A stretch of DNA of 64,000 nt from Macrostomum lignano (Eukaryota). Position numbers and translations under genes: made by a program. This document shows positions 23,900-36,534 of this stretch, piece after piece. Where the stretch lies: assembly GCA_002269645.1 (NCBI GenBank), contig NIVC01001822.1, positions 62,178-126,177 on the forward strand, written 5' to 3'. How positions within the stretch are numbered: position 1 is the first letter of the stretch; the number at the start of each line of letters is the position of its first letter. Below the pieces are notes generated by a model. It was given only the letters and a program-made list of their open reading frames with translations. It did not search any database and had not been told where the DNA came from.

Positions 23900-25130
23900 C
23901 ATATAGTGTCTCTTTGCAATATGCCCCATCATGTAGTCTCTTATAAGCCTTGACATGTCAGCAATTCCCTTCACAAGCCTTAAAATATCAACTCTCCCTT
24001 TGACATCTCAGCGATGTCCCCCTTGAAATAAAAAAAATCTCAACCTAACCCTTACCCTAGACTAACACTAACCCTAAAGCATTGACATTTCAGTAATTCT
24101 CTCCAAGTCACTATAGCACTACAGCATTATAATGATTCCCTGCAAGCCTTGACATCGTAGGGATTCGCAAATGAATCTCTAACTTTGACATGAAGCTTCT
24201 TTTATTTTTTAAATTGTTTTTTTCTATCAGCAACCCCCCTATGAGGAGCCAACAAATAATATAATAAAAAGTTTTTAATAAACTATATGTAGCTTCTGAC
24301 TTTAGCTTTGATATCTCAGCTATTTTCCCCATAAGCCTTGACATCTTAGCGATGCCGCCTATAAAACTTGAAACCTGAAAAATCCCCTATCAACCTTGAA
24401 ACCCTCTAAACCCTAACCATAAACCCAAACCTGACCTAAACATAACTTTAACCCAACCCTAAAGCCTTGAAATCTCAGCAATTCTTCTCCTCTAAGCCTT
24501 GACATTTTAGTGATTCCTTCTTTAAGAATCATAGCACTATAATGATTCCCCCCAAGCCTTGACATCATAGCAATTCCCAAATGAATCTTTTAACTCCAAC
24601 ATTACTCTTCTTTTATGTCTACATAGTGCTTTTTTTCTTTTTACATGACTCTTCTTTTATCAGCGCCCCCCTTGTGGCGAGCCAATAAAGAATATAATAA
24701 AAATTGAGTAAACTACATGTACTTTGAAGTAGCTTCTGACTTTTGCTTTGGCATCTTAGAAACCCCCCATAATCATTTATATTTCAGGTATTCTCTGTGA
24801 GCCTTGACATCTCAATAATTCTCCCTAAGAATCAGAGCACAATAGCTTTATTTAATTTTGACATGACATTTACTATTCCATGATGCTTCTATGATTTTTT
24901 AAATTACACTTTTATTAGTTTCTATATGAGGTATGTCATGACATGTCATGTCACGTCATGATTGTTTATATGATGCTTCTATTATTAGTTGCATGATGCT
25001 TCTATGATTTTTATGTGACACTTCTATGATTTTTATATGATGCTTCTATGATTGTTTACATGATGCTTCTATGATTGTTTACATGATGCTTCTATAATTT
25101 TTACATGACACTTCTATGATTTTTTTTACA
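23900..25130. repeat. Decayed repeat block: tandem ~400-bp duplication with aagccttgacat motifs and ctaaccc-like tracts, then ~24-bp atgatgcttctatgatt units
   Basis: Segments ~23900-24300 and ~24280-24740 align by eye; short repeats at 24890-25130. Confidence 0.6.
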
Positions 25131-28100
25131 TAATGCTTTTTTTAAAAAGTTTTTTAGTTTACTTGGCATTAAAAAACTTTAATTAAACAAAACTTATAAT
25201 TCAACATTTTCCAAACTCCAAGCATAGAGTTTGCAAGCAAGATCACACAAAGCAGTTATGATATAATCAATTTCTCAGTCAGTCAATATCAGTTAACAAT
25301 ATGGTTATGCAATCTAAATCAAGTCTGGTGCTACACTTCACACTACATTTTCAATACTGTGACACAATTCAAGTCAGAGCTATATTTCAGTTATGATGCA
25401 ATCTATTTCATAATCAGAATTCAACCAATCAGTTTTTTTTCTAGCATTCTTACAATGCATTTCAAGTCAAAAAGTTTGCTTGACCTTTGCAAAAAAGCAT
25501 GTTTTTGAATATTTAATCCCTTTAGCATTGCAATTTCTTAGCCAAGACAAATATACAGTCACATGAAAATCTGTTAAGCCATTTGAGAGAAAATTGATTG
25601 CACATATACAAGCAAGAAAGATTTTTATTTTTAGTGTAAGTATATAGGAGGAAAAATAAATCAAAGAAAAATTGTGTCAAGTTTGAAGTCATTGCTTTAT
25701 ATAGCCAAACTTATAGTAGCCAAAAGTTAGGTTCAATTGTAAAACCCTGTGGCAAAGTGCCACATTTCATATTTTCAAATGAAAAACCCTGGCATTAATT
25801 TCTATTCTTTTCTTTCTTCTTACTACTTACTGCTGTACTTTTTTCATTTAAACAAATCTTTGCATGTATCAATTTTCCACTATAAATAATATTGGCAAAA
25901 AAGCAGAAAAATGAACCAAATTATCTGTTAAAAGTGTCTTTTATGCAATGAAAAAAGGTTGTTTATTCTCACAATGTAAAAAATGTCATTTATTGTTATC
26001 AATTTTTTGGCTTGCATTTGTACTTATCAATTTTTGTTTGGGCATGCACCCAGCATGATCTATACTATGGCATATATGATTTGAAAATCATAAAAATAAT
26101 AGGACTTTATTTAAAGAAAAATTGCTTTAAAGGGGGGGAGGTACTATTGATGGCCTTCTTAATTTAAAAGTGTAGGAACATGACCATTTTTGACATTCCA
26201 ATACTTAATATTATGTTGATGTATTGATAGTTGATACTTATTACCAATTAATAAAAACAAGAATTTAAATGTATTAGATTTAGGCCTAGGCCTATTCTTA
26301 TCTAGATAAAATATAAGAATAGACAGGAGGGTAAGGAGAGAAAAAAGAGGAGGAAGAGGAGTGCAAGGACAAAAGAGGGGAAGAGGCAAATAAGAGAGAC
26401 AAGAAGAAAGAGGAGAGATAAGATGAGAGAGAGAGGATATAAAAGAAAAGAGAAGAGGAGGAGAGAGGAGAAAGATGTGAGTAAAGATGAGAGAGCAAAG
26501 AACAGATGAAAGAGGAGAGATTAAAGAAAAGAGATAATAAAGAAGAGTTAAAAGAAGAGAAGAGATAGAGGGGATAGCAAAGGAAAGAGAAAAGAAGAAG
26601 GGAGAGATAAGAGGAAAGATAAGAGAGCCTAGAGGATACAGGAAAGAGTAGAAAAATAGAATAGAAATGAGCAAAATAAGAGTGAAAAGAAAAGAGTAAA
26701 GAGTACAGGAGAATGGGAAGAATAGAAAAGAGATAAAATAAGAGAGAGAAGAGAGGAGACAGAAAAAAGATAGAAGTTTTAAAGGACCCAAAGGACATAG
26801 AGATGCAAAGGCAAAAGGCCAGAGTTTGCCTATATAGGCCTTAGATAGACATTGCCTGTCATTGTTACGTTACCAAATTAAATCTCCTTTATTTTGGGAT
26901 CAGTCAAATAGCCTCCTTTATTTTACTTTCTCAAAATGTGCGGGCACCCTGGAAGTGACTTGTTGCCAAAGTGACTGTCACTGAAGTGACTGTCGCCAAA
27001 GTGACTTGTTGCCAAAGTGATTATAATTTGTGTATGCACATGCTCCAAACTCTACTGTCTCTTTCTATCTGTCCATAATCTGAAATGAAATGATGTGTGT
27101 GCCATGTGGGTTTGTTTACTGATGGATATCCATGCATGTTTTCAGAACAATTTCCTATATATTTATTTCAAACTTTTTTTGAGGATATATAGGCCTACTT
27201 ATAGATAGGCTATGGTTTTAAAGAATAAAGAACATTTGTTTTGCCTATTTTTCATTTTTCCTTTTTTGGCTCACTGGACTGCCTTTTTAGTGCACTTAAT
27301 TTGACAAAAAGGCTGCCATTTACTTGATAGCTTTTGTGTGGCAAATTCAATGGTATAATCGGGTATAGGCCTATCTAGCAATCTAGGCCTCTAGGGGTAT
27401 AAGACAAGATAGCCACTCAGTCTCACTCACTAAGATGGATGGCCATAGTTCTGAATGTCTAAATATTTTCTTATCCTTTCTCTTACTTCTTCTTTCTCTT
27501 ATTGTCTATTAATTTTTCTTTCTACTCTCATCTGCCCCTATAGCCATTAGCTAGATTCTTTATCTGGCCTTTGAGATAAAAATCTGCCAATCCCTACTTC
27601 AAAAGCCAGTTGTACTCTCATGTACTCTCCCAGTTGTACTCTCAAAGGATGTAGTACTCTCATAGGCTAATTGTTTCATTCTGTGGCCTATTTATTGACT
27701 GCTTTGATCACATAATCTTTCTAGCCAATTTGCAGTCTTGAAAAAAACTTGTATATTTCTAGCTTGATAGTTACACATATCTAATATTGTGGCTAACCTA
27801 GGGTTGCTACTTTAAAGTTGTTCAAATATTAACTAGTCATATATAGGCCTACAAACCTTTGCTTGGACTTATAAACTATTTTTCTACATAACTTTGCCTA
27901 GGAAAATAATACAAGTTGATAGAATAAATTTTTAAAAGATTATTTATAAGGACCTTAAACTAACAATATATTAAGTACAAGTGAATCCTAGTAGCTAGTG
28001 GCTAAAATAAAGGAGAAAGTCCCTGTCGCAGACAGACCGAATTAAGTTGTCTATGATGGGGTGCCGTCAAAATGGCCACACGCAGAACGGCCACACGACA

Positions 28101-28223
28101 AAGCGGCCATACCATCAAAACAGCCACACAACAAAATGGCCACACAATGTAATAATTTGTAATAATAAGAGATAAGAGAAGTGGAGGGTTGAATGTACAT
28201 TTAAGTAGAAAGATAAATGATGA

Positions 28224-28592
28224 ATGATCGGGGGTGGTATACATGGGGGCCGAGACATTGGTCAATTAAGAATAAAGGTGGATGGTTGCAGAGAGAGAGA
28301 GCAGGCATTTTGGGCAGCTGCGCGTACTGTGCTCAGCACTGCAATGCTGCACAGATGCAACTTCCATTTTTGCCAAGCACTGTATCGCCATCTGCAGCAG
28401 CTTGGCCTTGCATGCAGCTACGCAGTGTCTTACTCATTGCGTAGATTCTGCAGAAAGGTGATGGCCCTGGCTTACCTACCATCAAATGATATTCTGCCAA
28501 ACTTCAAACAGAAACAGCTGCGATCTGCCTGCTCACCTGCTCACCTGAATGGGCCTTTGGGAGAGTGGCTTAAGTATGTAGAGCGCAATTAG
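28224..28592 (+). pseudogene. MULE transposase fragment
   Basis: RCNFHFCQALYRHLQQLGL...RRFCRKVMALAYLP...YVERN* carries the MULE CxFH motif; the expected Trp codon is TAG. Confidence 0.85.
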
Positions 28593-28617
28593 ATCACAGC
28601 AACAGCCAAATAATTAA

Positions 28618-30659
28618 GGGCAATTCCATATAATTATGGTCGTAACATGACAGGCTATTTTTACTTATAAAATGAAATTCCCTATTGGAATAAGTGGTAT
28701 TTTCGCGGACGGCGTCCGGCGCACTTTTTCTTTTTCCTCATAGTCATGGCGCATGGCGCGCTACGCGCGCCATGCGCCATGATGCACAGCAGCTCACAGG
28801 TAAGATGCAAGGAGGACATCACGCGCTACATACAGCGCTGCTGAACAAGGATGAGAAGCATGCATAGGAGAAAGTCAGCAGCACGGTGGAAATTCAGCAA
28901 ACTGTAAGTAAAACTTGTTTTTCTAATTTCTATAACTTTGATAATATTGCTATGGGCTATAGTATAGCATATCTCCTATCATATGTATTGATTGCTGTGT
29001 CATCTAGAATATGCATGCAAGTTAATCGTAAAATTGGAAATTGTAGTTGAAAGATCGCAGCAGAAATGTTCTTTATTGCCTCATAAACATTATAACATAG
29101 TGCCAAATGCTAATTGCTCTTAATGTTCTCTTATAACGCAGTTGCAAGAAATAAAAAAGTAAACTAAATTCTATTAAAAGTCTCAACAAATTTTCTGCTT
29201 TGTTTAATTATCTTTTTGATTGGTTGCGCGTACATTTATTTATGCTGACATTTAAATGTGAAATTATTCTTCGAAACACCATGCTAAATAGTTATCAGAT
29301 TTGATAACCCGACCCGAGCCAAAGTGCTACAACTACTACTGAAAAAGTGTGTGGATAAGGCAAAGACAATTTTGTTTGTTCGTGAACTCTGTGTTGTTCA
29401 TCACGAAGTTTCTTCATTTTGTATTAACCGATTAGCCAAATTGAAGTAAAGGGTTTCAGTGTTCGTAATTATTTTAAGTACTCACTGATGCAATTGCCAC
29501 ACTATTTACATTATTTATTTTTCTTTGAATAGACCAACAATGTAACTTTGTAAGTCAAAAGACGAGTAGACTAAGAATTAAGAAATAGATACAACTACAA
29601 CAGAAGGGGGCAGAAGTACAGTACAGAACAGAGTGCAGTAAAACACAAGTGCGGTAAAACACACAACTTTCTCTCAATCTCTTTAAATCTCTCAAAAACG
29701 AGTGATGCATCATCAGAATGAACATGATAGAGACTGGAGTCATGCACAATATCACCTAAACCTAGAGTGCTATGGCACCCTAGGATTTGAAGATTTGAAT
29801 GACACATCGTCCATACCACCTTAGGATTTGAAGATTGTCATGACGCACTGTCCAGGCCACTTTATGATTGCCATGGCGCACTAGATGCACTGTCCACAGT
29901 GTCTGAAAACTTATTCCAATAGGGATGAAATCTAATAATAGAATACACTAAACCAATATTTTAAATGAAAGATTTTTTTGTCAAGAATATTTTTATAGAG
30001 TTTCATGTAGATATCATCATTAATATAGATGCTATTAAACCTTGAATGGCACTTCTGGTCGTAATGACAGGATTTTTGACAGATAGAAACTAAAAGGTAA
30101 AAGTCTTATAACATTTTTCATTTTTGATATTTTGCAATAAATTTTTTAAAATTCGACTAAGAACATCTTTAGAAATCATACTCTTTTTGTAGAATATATA
30201 AACTCAAAAAGGCAACAAAGATACAAAAGAAAAGGCAGCCTTATGGTCGTAACATTCTGGTCGTAACATATTTTGTTCTGTCAATTCAGTAACTTAGAGG
30301 TACCAATATATTAAAAATATAATTGATTTTTTGTTCATCAATACTTTTATCTGATGATGCAAGTACTATACTTTTATCTATAGTTTGTTTCAACCTTCCA
30401 AAGCTTTCTATTTGTTTTTAAAAGGTTCACAAACTTAATGATGTCTTTTGCTTAAAAAACTGTCCAAATTTTTACAAAAATTACTTTTTGCCACTTGATA
30501 ACATACTAATCTAACATTTTATCATTCATTTATTCTTAGATTGTAGATGTTACACATAAAAAACATTTGGTAAAAAAATTGGCTAATCAGGCAGTGGCAA
30601 GCAAAAATATTGACTTTTTTTCTATTTTCCAAATATGTCCATCTTATATGGAATGAGCC
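28618..30659. mobile_element. Non-autonomous TTAA-target DNA transposon with GG termini (Kolobok-like), 2042 bp
   Basis: TTAA at 28614-28617 and 30660-30663. TIRs gggcaattccatata and tatatggaatgagcc match 12/15. Internal tggtcgtaa motifs lie near both ends. Confidence 0.75.
28679..29925. mobile_element. Non-autonomous TIR element, 1247 bp, superfamily unassigned
   Basis: Perfect 16-bp TIR tccctattggaataag / cttattccaataggga, with tgaaat duplicated on both flanks (28673-28678, 29926-29931). Confidence 0.75.
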
Positions 30660-30909
30660 TTAACATAACGAAGCTTCCTTAACATAACGAATAGAACAGT
30701 CGATCTGCAACCCTTTTATTATGTGGCCGTTTTGTCGTGTGGCCATTTTGTTGTGTAGCTGTTTTGACGGGCATCCGCCTATGACCTTAGCTTTATAATG
30801 TCTTTATAATGTCAGCACAGACAAGACGACCATGCCATAATATAACATTCATATCTAAAACATAACAGTCCCAAAACTCTTTTAAATAAAGGAGATAAAA
30901 GAGGGCATG

Positions 30910-31410
30910 AGCACCTTGCACTTTGGCGACAGTCATTTTGGTGACATTTGGATTGCTTTGGCAACAATTAATAACAACTAAAGGACATATTTTTTTGCCA
31001 ATGAAACTTCACAATTAAAAAGTATGATTTATCCAGATTTATTAAAAAAGCAATACAAATCTTCAGTATTTTGTTATTCATGCTGCCTTTCATACCCCCA
31101 TTCTGATTGGTTAATGTACGAGTACATAGTAATGCATGCACATTTACATCCCCCACTAGAGCTTATGTTAAACTCGCCTTCTGTTTATTAAATTGAGAAT
31201 AAATATAGGCTACCTAACTAAATACCTAAATAGGCCTATACAAAAATATAAATTTGTGTTGCTTTGTAATCGTGAAGTTTGATTGGCAAAAAATACATAC
31301 ATTCTTTAGCTGTTAGGCCTATTAATTGTTGGTTGCTGAAGTGATCCAAACGTGTCACCGAAATGACTGTCACCAAAGCGACTTGTCGCCAAAGTGATCA
31401 GTGACCACAT
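30910..31410. mobile_element. MITE with inverted subterminal ctttggcgacagtca repeats (possibly MULE-type)
   Basis: cactttggcgacagtcattttggtgaca (~30918) is inverted relative to tgtcaccgaaatgactgtcaccaaagcgacttgtcgccaaagtg (~31355-31397). A solitary related end lies at ~26955-27020. No TSD found. Confidence 0.55.
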
Positions 31411-31448
31411 GTGCAGGATAATTTTTTTGAAAGCGAAAAAGGGGTCCC

Positions 31449-31852
31449 ACTAGGAGGCCTCTTTATGGCAATTGGTTCTATTTGCCATGGTTCTAATTGG
31501 AATAAATTCGAGTTCTAGAACCAGTCCAGAACCAGTGTGATTGTGAAATGAGAAGCTTCGAACCTATTTTATGTTTGGCAGTCTTTACAATTTAATTTTG
31601 TCGTTCTATGACCTCGTTTCCTCTTGGATATGACAAAAAAACGGAATAATTATATATCAATAATAAAAAATTGACGATTTCAAATATATTTTACTGTTAA
31701 CGTGTAAACATGACAACGGTTCGAGAAAATTTCTCGAACATTTTCCAGAAACAGAACCATGTTCCGGAACTGGTTCTGTTTTTCAAACCATCGATATGAA
31801 GAGCGTCGAACCGGTTCCATTTTTCGAACTGGCGATATGAAGAGGCTCTAAT
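31449..31852. mobile_element. Possible MITE (Harbinger-like termini)
   Basis: gaggcctctttatggcaatt at the left end and ctggcgatatgaagaggctcta at the right are imperfectly inverted; repeated gaacc/ggttc motifs inside. Confidence 0.35.
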
Positions 31853-34204
31853 CCCAAATCCAGGACTGTGTCACCCAAAAAACACGCGAAAAAGTGTTTT
31901 TCAAAACAGTATGCAAAACGTTTAGTTTCTATTAGTATAGACAAAAAATAACTTTATATGTTTAGCTTTTAATAATTTAATATAGAAAAAGTATACAATT
32001 ACGAATTAATATTAAGGATGTTGTTAAGCTTTTTAAATCGCACGTGTTTGAAAGAGGGAACGGGCTTAAGCCGCGCGAATTAATATTTTTTAAAAACTTG
32101 TATAATAAACGTCACTCATATTGTTGATGTTAAAGCTTAAGATTTTATATTACTAAACGGTATGTAAGATTTTTTTATAATTTAGGCTTCATTAACTTGG
32201 TCGCTGAAAATCAAACTGGGTTACTGAAATGTCATTATGGAGAAGGATGGAATCTCTACAACCAACCAGTGAAGACGAAGAGTCGAGTGAATGAACCAAC
32301 CTCAGAATTTAATGGGCCGATTGGCTCAGTATTAAAGCAAAAACTATACTATAGTAGGTAGGCTTATTTTATATCTAAAGAATTTAATAAATTGACTCTC
32401 TGTGGATCTATGGCTTTTTTAGGGCCTAATATTATATTTATATCTAATCTATGTATTTTTAATTTTAATAGGCATATTCTATAGGCCCTATTATCTAAAT
32501 TAATAAACAATGCTATTTAAATTTTAAATAATGCAAGGGCCTAGCTTAAGCGCACCTTTTTTATAGGGGTTAATTGGACAATATCATGTTTTAGAGATTT
32601 TTTAGACTCAAGATATAGGCCTATGTTTTTGAGATAATCAAGAGCATTCAATTGAGATTCAAGATTAAGCCTAAAATTAGCATCCATGATATTAAATATT
32701 AATTCATTTGCAGTAGTGTTCCGCCCTAAGGAGGGTCCATTTACTATCCTTTTTTAGAGAAACAATACTTAATTGTTACTAAACTCTAAAGTACTAATGC
32801 TGAACTTTTTCACATTTATAAAAATTAGAGTTTGCTAGTGTTTTATTGTACTTTTTTAGGTATATTTTAAAAGTTTCTAAGTTGATAATATAGTTTACTA
32901 AAAGTATCCTTGTTTTACTCTACCTGTTTCTAATATTTTTAAGTTTTTTAACATTAATAAAATAATAATAAGATGAGGAAAAGAGTTAGTTTTTTTGGAA
33001 GTTGGGTGTTTTGAAATTGGTTGCTGACACCAGTGAAGGTGGGGTGGATTCCACATTTGAATTGCTAGGCCTACCGGTGTTGAATTCGCATGAATAAATC
33101 CAGAAATTGCGCAGACAAATCATAACAAAATTCTTTCTCCTGTTTTACTCCATTTGCCAGGTTCTCAAGTCCAAGGGGAGGGTAGTCGTAATTATAGCAA
33201 AGCAGTTGTATAGTGGCGCGGTCATTCAAATGATGAGATGCCATAGATTCTGATACTGTAAAATAATGTGTTGCTTTTACTGAGCTGGTTATTTTCAGTA
33301 GGGTAGTTGCTGCCACCATTGTAATTTATATATTATGGAATGAATAATTCTCAGAGCTTTCTTTGAGATGAGAACTTTGGGTTATTTTACAACCCACGGG
33401 CAAATGACTCAAGAAATTCTATGGCTTATTGTCAACACATAAATATTAGATGATAAATGTTTATTAAGGCATTATTAAATGGTTAGTTATTGAGCAGGCA
33501 AATAGTTAATTCTTACAAACAAGCTGAAAAACAGCAGTACCTAGGTGCTAAAGCAGAATAAAGTAAACTAGTTAAAACTTGTCAGAAATTAGGCAATAGA
33601 AAAAACAGAATGAGAAGGAGAAAGAGAGGGAAAAAGAAGGGCGAAGTATAAAATTTTACAAGAAAAACAAGGAGTTTAAAAAGTAAAGCAAGCTGGTCCA
33701 CAAATGGGAGCAGCTGATGGGAAACACAATGGGCAATGCTGATCAGGGCTTAAAACATTACGCATAAAACTGGGTGGCAAGTGTATTCTAACAAAAGTTC
33801 TTGCACAGGGAAGCAAGCATACAGAGCGTAGAACACTTGATGGAGCATTGGCTGGACAACTCCAAGCCAGGAAAAATAATTTAATGATCAATGCGTAGAC
33901 TGACCAAAATAAAGATTTAGTCATCGATTGTTAAAAAAAAACTACTCAACTCAATGGCATCCCGCCTGCCACAATAACTACGGCTACAGGAATCTATGGA
34001 ATATGACAACAACTATCATATTTCGGCATTCTTTCATTTTACAATCACCTAGCACTGTCCCTATAGGAGTCAATACTTTCGTTATACAATCCCCCCACAG
34101 AGAACGGAAAATTGCTCTTAAAATCGAACTTCAAAATGAGACCACTTCTAAGTTTGCCATTTTAACAAAAAATATTGTGTCTTATAGAAGTTAGAAGCCT
34201 GTCC

Positions 34205-34864
34205 TTATATTCACTTTCGTTATGTGATCATTTAAATGATAAAGTTATATGCAGATGATCGCGGGACGAAACTGAAGGAGCTTCTAGATTTCGACTTACA
34301 ATCACACTAATAGTAAAATTGTATTGGAGGGATTGTATGACGAAATGGTAGGAAATTGTCGCTATAATAGACATTTCAACCAAGCAATCAATTGCAGCCT
34401 CTAATATGTCTGCAAACCAAAAGCCACCTGCTTTTTACATGGCTCTTTTTGCACGGCCTTTTTGGGCGCCGACACTGCCCCATGCCCCCCTCCCCCCTCA
34501 CTTTGGTCATCAGATCACCACTCGGTATAACACAGGTCCAATGAACTGGGAGGATCGTATGACAAAATTAAGGGGGGGGGGTGACGCTTGTGAATCTTAT
34601 AATGAATACAATTTCATTCTTGAACCCTATAGATTGTTGATAGAGATTGATGTAGCAGTTTGTATCCAAAGCTGCTGTGAACTGGTGCAACTTCACCAGG
34701 GATATAATGTATAATCCATTCACTTTCATCATACAACCCCTCTAATACAATTCTACCAATGCGGTGATCGTAATTCAAAACCTATAAGCTCTTTTGGTTT
34801 CATCTTGCAATCATCTACATATAACTTCACCATTTAAATGATTGTATGATGAAAGTGAATATAA
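34205..34864. mobile_element. Foldback/MITE element with 141-bp inverted arms
   Basis: Arms 34205-34345 and 34724-34864 align without gaps; mismatches are mostly transitions. Confidence 0.8.
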
Positions 34865-36385
34865 GCTATGTGCTTTCATAAGTAATGCTACACCAACGAT
34901 CCTCAAGTTGACTAAAAAGTAAGTTGCAGTAATGAATTAGGTTGACTGGAAAGTGAGTTGCAATGATTTTTGAAATGTATGTGAAACATGCTTTTTTTTA
35001 AACTAGAGTGTCTTTTTGACTCTTTTTTAATGAGGATCGTAAGACGAAACTTGACCTGCTCAGGGATCGTAAAATGAAAGAATGCCCATATTTCTATAGT
35101 CATAGCCATTAGAGCAGCTAGCTTACATATTCATATCTATAGCTGACATAGGTACTTATTTTACCATATTTGCCATAGGATCCCTGATCCCATAGCCGTA
35201 GCTACGGCTATGGCAAAACACTAATTTGCAGTATGCTAAACTACTTGCTTGTTTTTTCTTAGCCTAGCTAAACCTTAATGAATATGACATTTGCTAGGCC
35301 TTCTTATAGCCTAGTGCTATGCTTTTGTTCTATAATAGCTAAGCTAGCCTTATCATTTAATCCTTAATGATATACTACATGAATGCTAGGCCCAGCAAAT
35401 ATGATGTATATTCTTAAATATATTGAGTGACAAGGACAAATAAAAATGCAATAGTCCAAGATGCTAGATTAAGATTCTTTGTAACTAAATAAATATATAT
35501 GATTATTAGGGCCTTGATAATAAAGGGTAGCAAACTTATTCATCCCTTTCTTGGTAATAGTGTTTACTATTTGACTAAAAATATGCTTGACTATTGCATT
35601 GTTATAAAGCAAAATTAGCAATGTTCTCACAAGTCTAATGAGAAATAGATAATTGCTAGCTTATAAAACTGCTTCCCAAAAACTTGCAATATTGCAATTG
35701 ACAAAACTTTTAAACTCTAGTTCTATTATCTCTATTTGATACTAACACTCCTCTATTTCTAGGCTACTAATCTCTATATCAATGAAAATTTTCTGGTATC
35801 TCACTAGCCAAGATTGGAATCTAGTTAATATATAAAGAATGATACTGCCAATTTGGATCTAGCATTTGATGTGCCATTGTGCCTAGATGAACCTACTATC
35901 AAAAGGCAAATGTTTTAGCTTCTCAGTTCTAATATGGAAGAAGTCCTTCATGACCTGAAGGCATATTTATTAGTTATTGACATCTATATCAATAAATAAT
36001 TGCTTGGCTAGCTATTGTAAAGCCCAACCCAATGTATAAATTAGTTATGTTTATCTTCCAGTAAGATAATAGAAGCTTGGTCAGTTCTATTAGCAATATG
36101 TAAGTATCAACTTATTTCAATTTATTTCAATTTATTTCAATTTATTCACAGTAAATCTGAGTGCTTTCCTATTAAAAGAGAAACTTTAAACATTAAAAAC
36201 CTGCAGAACTTCTATCAAAAACTAGAACTCTATCTTTGGATCTTTTAGAGCCTTCTTAATGCTACTAGAGTGTTGTCCAGTGGCCTTTATGCTGACTGGT
36301 ACAAACATATAGAGCATTTGCTTAACAATAGGAAGTATTTGAAGCTACCTAGCTTGTAATATCCATTGCCTGGTGCATACATGCA

Positions 36386-36534
36386 CAACCTTTGGATTCA
36401 CCCGGCATTTCTATTGGCAACACATACATGTAAGTCGCTATTGGCTGAGAGCAGTCACGTGACTACTATTCCATCCAATAGTGACTTACATGTGTGTGTT
36501 GCCAATAGAAATGGCCAGGTGAATCCCTAGGTTG
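36386..36534. repeat. ~149-bp near-perfect palindrome (hairpin MITE-like) centred on agtcacgtgact
   Basis: ggattcacccggcatttctattggcaacacatacatgtaagtcgctattgg pairs with ccaatagtgacttacatgtgtgtgttgccaatagaaatggccaggtgaatcc. Confidence 0.85.

Larger units (their letters stand above)
28058..30776 (+). mobile_element. MULE/Mutator-family DNA transposon, internally deleted, hosting nested elements
   Basis: Inverted subterminal aaaatggccacac arrays at both ends. Termini ggggtgccgtc and gacgggcatcc. 9-bp flanks gtctatgat (28049-28057) and gcctatgac (30777-30785) match 7/9. Confidence 0.85.

Noticed and set aside
24040-24470. ctaaccc-like tracts as interstitial telomere or fusion site
   Set aside because: Short, highly degenerate and embedded in a duplicated decayed repeat.
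33071-33924. Short ORFs at 33.0-33.9 kb as a gene or transposase
   Set aside because: No recognisable motif or consistent splice structure; may be decayed coding sequence but unsupported.
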